Shown piece by piece: positions 1 through 5,954 of a DNA stretch of 19,320 nucleotides. The DNA is from a virus: the IMG/VR virus record IMGVR_UViG_3300045988_032762, positions 1 to 19,320 of that record; one strand, given 5' to 3'. The notes beneath the pieces are model-generated. The model worked only from the letters and a program-made list of their open reading frames with translations, was not told the DNA's origin and searched no databases. Within the stretch, counting starts at the first letter, position 1; every line of letters starts with the position of its first letter. The position numbers and the translations under genes were made by a program.

Positions 1-22
1 ATTGTTAATCATTTTATTTTTT
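1..22. repeat. Terminal 22-mer, an inverted copy of 184..205 (mirrored at 19299..19320 and 19116..19137)
   Basis: ATTGTTAATCATTTTATTTTTT at 1..22 is the exact reverse complement of AAAAAATAAAATGATTAACAAT at 184..205. That segment is the A-rich leader plus the first four codons of the ITR gene. Confidence 0.9.
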
Positions 23-66
23 TTTGTTCTGTGGCGTCTTTGTCGCTTTGTTGTGTTTCTTGTCTT

Positions 67-95
67 ATTATATTTTTTTCGCGCCAGTTTGTCAA
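67..95 (-). promoter_or_regulatory. Outward-facing consensus sigma-70/sigma-A promoter in the left ITR
   Basis: On the minus strand: TTGACA (90..95), a 17-nt spacer, then TATAAT (67..72). It points towards position 1, so the transcript would run off the end after about 60 nt. Confidence 0.6.
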
Positions 96-126
96 GTTTT
101 TTTATTTCCGGCGTGTCGTTTGTTTT

Positions 127-158
127 CGGGCGTGTCGTGTTTTTGTTTGTGTTATAGT
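127..158 (+). promoter_or_regulatory. ITR promoter P1 (extended -10 TGtTATAGT) for the 66-aa gene; mirror at 19163..19194 (-)
   Basis: TGTTATAGT at 150..158. The CGGGCGTGTCGT motif puts GCGTGT at the -35 position with a 17-nt spacer. Downstream come the RBS CAAGGGAAAGG and the ATG at 194. Confidence 0.55.
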
Positions 159-193
159 GTAGTTATCAGCTTCAAGGGAAAGGAAAAAATAAA

Positions 194-394
194 ATGATTA
201 ACAATAGCATCATCAAGGATTACGTCGAAGATTACATCATGAACAGCGGTCAGCAGCTCGACGATTTTGACCTTGACATGATTGTTGAGAATCTGCATCA
301 TGTGGCTGTGGTCAATAATATGACCATTGAGGATTATAACGATTGTGATTCGTTTCCGAATGATGATTTTATTGAAGCGTTCGAGAATGCGTGA
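194..394 (+). CDS. Hyper-acidic 66-aa protein encoded in the ITR (left copy); function unknown, candidate DNA mimic
   Basis: The ORF has an RBS, its own promoter and its own terminator. It has 11 Asp and 5 Glu against 1 Lys and 0 Arg. An identical copy lies at 18927..19127. Confidence 0.8.
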   Translation: MINNSIIKDYVEDYIMNSGQQLDDFDLDMIVENLHHVAVVNNMTIEDYNDCDSFPNDDFIEAFENA

Positions 395-407
395 TAGGTA
401 ATAGTAG

Positions 408-440
408 AAGCCTCTCGGTTAATAACTGGGAGGCTTTTTT
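408..440 (+). terminator. Intrinsic terminator after the ITR gene; mirror at 18881..18913 (-)
   Basis: AAGCCTC (408..414) pairs with GAGGCTT (430..436) and is followed by TTTT. Confidence 0.7.
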
Positions 441-454
441 ATGTTGTTTTGTTT

Positions 455-487
455 TCGGGCGTGTCGTTGTTTTGTTTATGCTATAAT
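455..487 (+). promoter_or_regulatory. ITR promoter P2 (extended -10 TGcTATAAT); mirror at 18834..18866 (-)
   Basis: TGCTATAAT at 479..487. The CGGGCGTGTCGT motif again puts GCGTGT 17 nt upstream. Next come the RBS CAAGGGAGG and the ATG at 520, where the ITR ends. Confidence 0.6.
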
Positions 488-519
488 GAAAAATATCGAC
501 TACAAGGGAGGTAAATAAA

Positions 520-762
520 ATGATGATTTCAAATATGACTTTCAAGGAAAAGAACGAACTGCTGACCACTTTGTGGGACGACCCGTCCGTGACGCTTCAT
601 GGCGTCAAGGACGGTGTTACGAGTTCGATTGATCGTGATCAGGTTGTTGGTGATTATGTCGTGGCTCTGTATGATTCGTATCAGTTTATATTGCCCTATG
701 AAACAGAAGATGTGCTTCTGTTTTCCGCTGAAGATATGGAGGCGTTCGCTCGGACGTGGTAA
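520..762 (+). CDS. Acidic 80-aa protein of unknown function, specific to the left arm and driven by ITR promoter P2
   Basis: The ORF uses the RBS and ATG supplied by the ITR. It has about 15 acidic and 5 basic residues. A strong hairpin terminator follows. Confidence 0.7.
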   Translation: MMISNMTFKEKNELLTTLWDDPSVTLHGVKDGVTSSIDRDQVVGDYVVALYDSYQFILPYETEDVLLFSAEDMEAFARTW

Positions 763-766
763 TAAT

Positions 767-800
767 AAAGCCCCTAGGTGAGTAACCTAGGGGCTTATTT
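767..800. terminator. Bidirectional intrinsic terminator between convergent genes
   Basis: AAAGCCCCTAGG (767..778) pairs with CCTAGGGGCTT (786..796). T/A runs flank it on both strands. It sits between the 520..762 (+) gene and the endolysin (-). Confidence 0.75.
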
Positions 801-812
801 TATGCCGTCAAT

Positions 813-1490
813 TTAGGCGAATACGAGATACCATGTTGATTTGTCTGCGGGTGCGAGTGCGACGTATCGGGTTGCGCCTGAGCCACCGGTGTAGTGTGCC
901 CAAATGTATCCGTCTGCGATTATGCCACCTTCGGCGAGATTGACGGTTTGTCCGTAGTGATACTGGGCTACTACCTGTGCTGAGGTGGACGGTGCCGATC
1001 GTACGTTGAGCACATCGACGTTGACCTTGTAGGTGCGTGGGATAATGGTTACAGTATTGTTGCTCGGCGCTGGTGCCGGTGTGCTTGCCGTGCGTGGGTG
1101 GAAGTATCCGATGATTCCGGCCTTGCTGATTGTGACGTATCCGGCTTTATCCGGGTTTTGGCTCATGGTGTTGAGCGTGCCGTTGCCGTTGTCTTTAAGT
1201 ACGATGGCAACGTGGTTCATGCCCGCGCCGTTCCAAAATGCTACGTCACCATATGTGGGGGTGTAGTTGCTTGTTTCGCGGGTGAAGGCGTTTTGCAATG
1301 CTGGGGAGCGATCGTATCGTGTAGTGTAGACGCTTGCCGCGTATCCGTCTACCGTGTTGGTGTCGGCGGCTGGAATGTTGTATACGTTTCGGGCGTAGCT
1401 GCTCCAAAGGTCCCAGCATTGACCGCCGTATGCGCCGTCCATGTCGATAATTTTACCGTTAACCGTGTTTATCCATGTGCGAATATCCAT
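813..1490 (-). CDS. Endolysin: N-terminal CHAP peptidase/amidase plus C-terminal SH3b cell-wall-binding domain
   Basis: CHAP signature DMDGAYGGQCWDLW...GDVAFW...HVAIV...QNPD. The C-terminal VLNVRSAPSTSAQVV...YIWAHY is SH3_3-like. It lies directly downstream of the holin, with an AAGGAG RBS. Confidence 0.85.
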   Translation of the reverse strand: MDIRTWINTVNGKIIDMDGAYGGQCWDLWSSYARNVYNIPAADTNTVDGYAASVYTTRYDRSPALQNAFTRETSNYTPTYGDVAFWNGAGMNHVAIVLKDNGNGTLNTMSQNPDKAGYVTISKAGIIGYFHPRTASTPAPAPSNNTVTIIPRTYKVNVDVLNVRSAPSTSAQVVAQYHYGQTVNLAEGGIIADGYIWAHYTGGSGATRYVALAPADKSTWYLVFA

Positions 1491-1491
1491 G

Positions 1492-1863
1492 TCAGTTCTC
1501 CTTCTTATGTTTGGGGGTGTTGTTTTGTGCGAATATGCTCATGAATGGTGCGTCCGCCAACTCTGGATTAATGGCGGTGATGTTTTCGAGGATTGAGGTG
1601 AGTTCGATAAGACTAATGCCGCCTACGGTGCATACAAATACGCTGACCGGAAGTCCGAGGTCAACGTGGAGGTTAATCATGTCCACGAAATATGCTACGA
1701 TGGTGAGCATGAGGTAGGCGAACTTGTGCCATAAGCCTTCTCGCATTTTTTGTGAGCTGACCGTGTCGTTGAGTATGGCTTTTGCAAGTCCGGTAACGTA
1801 GTCTACGATGCTAAAAAAGACTACCGCGAACACGCACCATACGTCCGTTGTGGTCATTGTCAT
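1492..1863 (-). CDS. Holin (phage_holin_4_1-like, multi-TM)
   Basis: 123 aa with several hydrophobic helices and a charged C-terminus (PKHKKEN). It sits immediately upstream of the endolysin and has an AGGAGG RBS. Confidence 0.75.
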   Translation of the reverse strand: MTMTTTDVWCVFAVVFFSIVDYVTGLAKAILNDTVSSQKMREGLWHKFAYLMLTIVAYFVDMINLHVDLGLPVSVFVCTVGGISLIELTSILENITAINPELADAPFMSIFAQNNTPKHKKEN

Positions 1864-1875
1864 TACTATTGCCTC

Positions 1876-2943
1876 CTATTTTCCTAACAGTTCGCCGATA
1901 ATCAACCCAAAATCGGCCTTGACTTGTGAATCATCGAATCTTATTTTACCAAGTCGATAGCCGGTGGTGAGTCTTCGTATGATATCATCTGATTTTTTGA
2001 CGTACCATGTTTTTTCGTTAACATGATTGGGGTCTAGCGTATAGATGGGGCGAGTGTTGTCTTTGGGAATGCGACGTGAAACATATTGTGAAACGTGTCC
2101 GTCGCGTTCGGACACGCTTACCCATATGCCGAAACGTGCGTAGTCGGTAGTGTCTAGGATGTAGGATAGTTCGCCGTCTGCGGGGATGGGGGCTAGCAGC
2201 GTGTCGGATTCGTCGCGGAATTTGTTACGTATGGCATAGTCGGCATAGTCGCTGTCGTATTGCTCTAAAAATCTGCCGAATTTTGACTTGGCAACTTTGG
2301 CGGAGAATCCGCCGTAATCAGCTAATTCGAGACACACGAACCCTCCGCAATACAACTTGTATTGTTGCTGATTCGCTTGCTGAGCACCAATATCCAGCCG
2401 ATATTTCGCAAAATAAGGATTAGCTTTTTGTACTGCGTTGGACAAAAACAGCACTTTTACTCTGTCCTGCCAACGGTCAACAGTGTTATAAAACTCGCTG
2501 AAACTGTTTACCTCATTGCTCAAAAATCTGAGATTGTCGGGAAATATTTCATCGAAAATAATTAGATGTACTTTTGGATATGCGACTGATTTGAGTCCGC
2601 CCGCTTGTGAGAGCGCTACGAAATAGCAGCATGTGCGCCAATCCTTCTCATCCCATGACGTCTTATGCACCTGCCCCTTCTCTCCGTCCACCCGAAACTC
2701 GTAGGATGGGAAGAATTCTTGAATGTCTTTGAAAAACGTTTCCTTACGGTGCTGTTCCACGTCCGTGCGGCGCAAGTAAATGAACTCGTGACCGTGCTTG
2801 ACATACTCTTTGATGCCGTATCGTTTTGCGGCAAAAGTCTTGCCAAGTCCACGTGCGCCGATCACGAAATTCCATGGCGCGTTACGGGTGAGCAGATTAT
2901 GCAGATCGTAGTAATCATCTTCGGCCAATGTCTGTAACGTCAT
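1876..2943 (-). CDS. DNA encapsidation (packaging) ATPase, phi29 gp16-like
   Basis: Walker A GARGLGKT near the N-terminus and Walker B-like HLIIFDE. Size (355 aa) and sequence pattern match the gp16 family. Confidence 0.85.
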   Translation of the reverse strand: MTLQTLAEDDYYDLHNLLTRNAPWNFVIGARGLGKTFAAKRYGIKEYVKHGHEFIYLRRTDVEQHRKETFFKDIQEFFPSYEFRVDGEKGQVHKTSWDEKDWRTCCYFVALSQAGGLKSVAYPKVHLIIFDEIFPDNLRFLSNEVNSFSEFYNTVDRWQDRVKVLFLSNAVQKANPYFAKYRLDIGAQQANQQQYKLYCGGFVCLELADYGGFSAKVAKSKFGRFLEQYDSDYADYAIRNKFRDESDTLLAPIPADGELSYILDTTDYARFGIWVSVSERDGHVSQYVSRRIPKDNTRPIYTLDPNHVNEKTWYVKKSDDIIRRLTTGYRLGKIRFDDSQVKADFGLIIGELLGK

Positions 2944-2968
2944 GCCTGCTCACCCCCTGAAGAATAAT

Positions 2969-3002
2969 GGGAGCGTAACGTCATGACCACCGTTACGCTC
3001 CC
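2969..3002 (-). terminator. 12-bp GC-rich hairpin upstream of the ATPase gene; possible leaky terminator or attenuator
   Basis: GGGAGCGTAACG (2969..2980) pairs with CGTTACGCTCCC (2991..3002). On the minus strand it is followed by AUUAUUCUU. Confidence 0.4.
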
Positions 3003-3067
3003 CGTGTAGTTACGGTCGGCTCAAGGGAAGTTATCACATGCCGACATTTATTATTATATCACACACT

Positions 3068-4282
3068 TTAGAATGCGGGTGGATTCGATTTACCGTCCCA
3101 CACAGTCAGCAGCGAGTATGCCTGATTGTATCGATTTGTGTATGGATGGAATGGATACGTGCCCAAAATATTGGTTTTGAGCTGCGCAAGATTCGATGCT
3201 TTCGGCACCTTGAGCGCATTGGCTGGTGACTGGTGGTATGCGGTAACCCACAAGATTTGCATTTTATCATCATCGTATTCCTGCGGGTAGCCCACGTAAT
3301 CCTCGGCAAACTGCTTGCGCTGACCCTCATGCGACTCGCTACGTGCCGCCCACATTTGGAATGCCGCTGCTTCCGTCGAGGTCAGCGGTCGGGTAAAATC
3401 ACCCCCCAATTCCATGAGTCCCGCGATCTCAGGAGCCGCACTTTTAAATGCGGCGTAGCCGGTTGGGTCAGCCTCACGCATTTTATTGAGCACTTGCAAG
3501 CGCCGTCCGAAGCTCCACTGCGCAATGCCGATACCTTGGAGATTGGCGGCTTCCACCGCGTCCCACCGTAGATTGGACTCTACCGTGCCGACAACGTAGA
3601 GCGCATACGGATTTTTGGCGTTGGTTGAGCTGGACGGGTGCCCTTGTCCTTGCGAGTCGGACGGTTGCCCCTGCGACGCTTTTTCCGAGAAATTATTGGC
3701 TATTGTTTTGTAAAAAATACGGGTGCGCGCCCCGCTGTTATCCGTCTCATGCAAGTATAGGTTGTCGCCCTGCCAGTGTATCCACGCTCCCCCTCGCGCG
3801 GTGTCGGGGTGCCCTTGGTTGTTGTCTCCGGTGGGATTGTCCACGTCCGGCCTAGACATGGTACGGGGGTGTAAGTAGCCTAACAGTCCGTCGATTGGGT
3901 ACCATTTGAGGGCGCTTGCGTCCGGGTTTTGTGTGATGACGTAGATTCTGCCATCTTTTACCCCATCATTGCCGGCGACTATGGCAACATGCGTATAGGG
4001 GGTGTACGTGCCGTATCCCCATATTGCCACGTCCCCAGCCACCGGCGTGTATCCGCTTGCGGTAATACGCTCGTACACTTGTTCGCACCGTGCGGATACG
4101 GGGTATGAGGTGTACAATCCCCCAGCATAGCCGGTAGGGGTGATACAGTCCTGAATGCTCATGCCGTACATGTCCATGCTGTATTTTGCCCATAAGTCCC
4201 AGCATTGCGCGCCATACGCGCCGTCCATGTCCCAAAAACGGTTTTTGGTCTGGTCAATCCATTGATTAAAAGTAATAGCCAT
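3068..4282 (-). CDS. Tail-associated peptidoglycan hydrolase (gp13 analogue): N-terminal CHAP plus C-terminal lysozyme/transglycosylase-like domain
   Basis: The N-terminus (DMDGAYGAQCWDLW...GDVAIW...HVAIV...QNPD...GYLHPRT) is paralogous to the endolysin CHAP domain. The linker is low-complexity and rich in Gly, Gln and Ser. The C-terminal part contains VESNLRWD...GIGIAQWS. It sits between the fibre and ATPase genes. Confidence 0.75.
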   Translation of the reverse strand: MAITFNQWIDQTKNRFWDMDGAYGAQCWDLWAKYSMDMYGMSIQDCITPTGYAGGLYTSYPVSARCEQVYERITASGYTPVAGDVAIWGYGTYTPYTHVAIVAGNDGVKDGRIYVITQNPDASALKWYPIDGLLGYLHPRTMSRPDVDNPTGDNNQGHPDTARGGAWIHWQGDNLYLHETDNSGARTRIFYKTIANNFSEKASQGQPSDSQGQGHPSSSTNAKNPYALYVVGTVESNLRWDAVEAANLQGIGIAQWSFGRRLQVLNKMREADPTGYAAFKSAAPEIAGLMELGGDFTRPLTSTEAAAFQMWAARSESHEGQRKQFAEDYVGYPQEYDDDKMQILWVTAYHQSPANALKVPKASNLAQLKTNILGTYPFHPYTNRYNQAYSLLTVWDGKSNPPAF

Positions 4283-4308
4283 ACTCTTATTATAAGAGTA
4301 TGGCTATT
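4274..4308. repeat. Perfect 35-nt palindrome (17-bp arms) covering the start codon of the tail hydrolase gene
   Basis: AATAGCCATACTCTTAT (4274..4290), a central t, then ATAAGAGTATGGCTATT (4292..4308). The ATG of the gene (4282..4280) lies inside one arm. Confidence 0.9.
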
Positions 4309-4315
4309 GTTTGAC

Positions 4316-5761
4316 TTAGTGGAAGCAGTTCATGGAGAAATCAAAATCAAGATATCCCGCACTACCGTCGCCTTGCAGCATGTCAATGATGCTGAACGAC
4401 CGGCCGTTAAACTTGATTTTAACGTATCCTTCATTGGACTCTTTGACCCCAAATAGTGGTATCCAATTACCGAACACGTTAGCCTCGTTGACCGTGGCGA
4501 AAACGTCCGTATTCCAAGTGGTTTTGTTGCCACGGAAATAAAAATGGACATCCAGCCCGTCAACGAACACCTTCAGGAAGCCATCTGCAATACCGGACAA
4601 CGTGACGTTGGAATACTCTTCGACTCGTTTCGCCACACCGGTTTTAATGCCTTTTGCGACATACTGCGCATAAATATCCGAGCCTTGAGTATTGGGGTGG
4701 ATATCAGTCATACCGGACTTCCAAAACAGACCCCACGATGGTGCATCGTACACGATCTTAACGACGGCACGACGTCCACCCTCGACCATGGCACCGTATT
4801 TTTGAGCCTCGTTGAAGGTTGGCCACGTATTGTCCCACATCATTGGAATCTGTACGATCTCCGCGTCGGGAAACAATGTTTTCGCAGTGGTAAGCGTGTT
4901 GTAGACAATGTCTCCCGTCACCATTGACGGCGAATCGTTGCGGCCACCGCCGATCACCACGTATCTCACATTGGCCTTGCTTGCACCCAGTTCCGCCGAT
5001 GCTTGCTGGAGTTGCTGTTTAAACGTTTTACCCTTTGTGCCGCCAATCGTATAACCTGAACCGCCGACCGCATAATTGCGGCATTCCAGCCCCAAGAGTC
5101 CTGCCGCCTTGACAATCATACTGTCCGTGGCTGGATTGTCGGTACGAAAACCTTCGAAGTACGAGTCGCCAATGCCCACGAGTAGATTCTGTTCGACCGG
5201 TTTGAGCGCATATTTGCCGTCCGATTCCAACTTGGTGTACGTGTTGTCCCAACGGGCTTTTTTGGCGGTCGCATTTTTTACATTGTCCGCGCCAAGTGCG
5301 GTGAGAATCGCACTGTTTGAGTCAGCTTTACTGTTGGCAGTGTCCGCCTTGCTGATTGCGGACGTGGCGTCCGTTCCGGCCTTATCCCACTTGGTTTTAT
5401 TTGCTGTGGCGTGTGCGGTGGTGTCCGCGCCCAGTGCGGTGAGGATAGCCGTATTGCCATTGGCCTTGCTTACGGCGCTTGCTGCGTCCGCCATTGCTTC
5501 AACGGCGTCCGTGCCGGCCTTATCCCACTTGGCTTTCGCTGCGGTGGCGTTATCCACCGTATTGTCCACAAGCAGTGCCTTCATCACTGCTTCGTCATGG
5601 GTTTCTCGCGCTTCCACGCCTTCGATGCGATTCAGGTGCGTTTCCAAAGTTGTATCAATGGTGTGCATGGAGCCGTTGTAGCCGTCTCGCAGATCGGCGG
5701 GGTCGTTATCGCCATAGAGATTGAGGCCGTAATTATCGGTTTTTGTATATACGGTAGCCAT
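4316..5761 (-). CDS. Tail fibre/appendage (receptor-binding) protein: N-terminal adaptor motif, 46-aa repeats, SGNH/GDSL esterase domain and C-terminal beta-rich domain
   Basis: SGNH blocks GIGDSYFEG, GGSGY, GGGRND and DIHPN. Tandem repeats contain KWDKAGTDA...AILTALGAD. The position corresponds to phi29 gene 12. Confidence 0.75.
   Translation of the reverse strand: MATVYTKTDNYGLNLYGDNDPADLRDGYNGSMHTIDTTLETHLNRIEGVEARETHDEAVMKALLVDNTVDNATAAKAKWDKAGTDAVEAMADAASAVSKANGNTAILTALGADTTAHATANKTKWDKAGTDATSAISKADTANSKADSNSAILTALGADNVKNATAKKARWDNTYTKLESDGKYALKPVEQNLLVGIGDSYFEGFRTDNPATDSMIVKAAGLLGLECRNYAVGGSGYTIGGTKGKTFKQQLQQASAELGASKANVRYVVIGGGRNDSPSMVTGDIVYNTLTTAKTLFPDAEIVQIPMMWDNTWPTFNEAQKYGAMVEGGRRAVVKIVYDAPSWGLFWKSGMTDIHPNTQGSDIYAQYVAKGIKTGVAKRVEEYSNVTLSGIADGFLKVFVDGLDVHFYFRGNKTTWNTDVFATVNEANVFGNWIPLFGVKESNEGYVKIKFNGRSFSIIDMLQGDGSAGYLDFDFSMNCFH
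5246..5554. repeat. Tandem 138-bp (46-aa) repeats, about 2.3 copies, inside the fibre gene
   Basis: CCGGCCTTATCCCACTTGG occurs at 5376..5394 and 5514..5532. GTCCGC... occurs at 5285 and 5423. The period is 138 bp. Confidence 0.85.
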
Positions 5762-5765
5762 TTGT

Positions 5766-5948
5766 TTAGTCCTTTTCGCGGATTTTCGTTTCGAGTTGGG
5801 TGAGGATCTGGTCGATCATGCGCATTGCATGATTGTATCCGTCGCGCATGTCCATTGGGGTTGCATCATTGTAGAGGGGCAACCCCCAATGACGTGTCGC
5901 ATCATATGCGGCAACGTCAACGGGGGTTGCTTGCGGTTGATCTGCCAT
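5766..5948 (-). CDS. 60-aa protein made essentially of the fibre N-terminal adaptor motif
   Basis: HWGLPLYNDATPMDMRDGYNHAMRMIDQIL is paralogous to residues 10-40 of the 481-aa fibre. Its stop codon overlaps the RBS of the fibre gene. Confidence 0.6.
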   Translation of the reverse strand: MADQPQATPVDVAAYDATRHWGLPLYNDATPMDMRDGYNHAMRMIDQILTQLETKIREKD

Positions 5949-5954
5949 GGTCTA

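Larger units (their letters stand above)
1..522. repeat. Left inverted terminal repeat (522 bp)
   Basis: Checked block by block: 1..522 equals the reverse complement of 18799..19320. Identity ends right after the ATG at 520..522 (the next base is a on the left and g on the right). Confidence 0.95.

Noticed and set aside
1-205. Covalently closed hairpin telomeres as an explanation for the inverted 22-mer.
   Set aside because: A hairpin end read-through would give a palindrome starting at the very end. Here the two 22-mers are separated by 161 nt of non-palindromic sequence, and the genome encodes a protein-primed polymerase.
1857-1863. Dual-start holin/antiholin motif (Met1-Thr2-Met3).
   Set aside because: The extra N-terminal residues carry no positive charge, unlike lambda S107-type antiholins, and only Met1 has a well-spaced AGGAGG. 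This is insufficient evidence.
2616-2852. Same-strand overlapping ORFs inside larger genes (2616..2852, 3106..3330, 3966..4235, 4330..4563, 5028..5252, 5278..5460, 11222..11533, 13627..13902, 14033..14356).
   Set aside because: They are out-of-frame ORFs nested in genes with recognisable domains. They have Arg/Pro/Ser-rich compositions and no RBS, and nothing suggests programmed frameshifting.
3038-3229. 63-aa plus-strand ORF preceded by a good RBS-like CAAGGGAAG.
   Set aside because: It is entirely antisense to the conserved C-terminus of the tail hydrolase, has hydrophobic and Cys-rich composition, and no -10 box could be found upstream. It is kept only as context in the ITR-leader-like finding.
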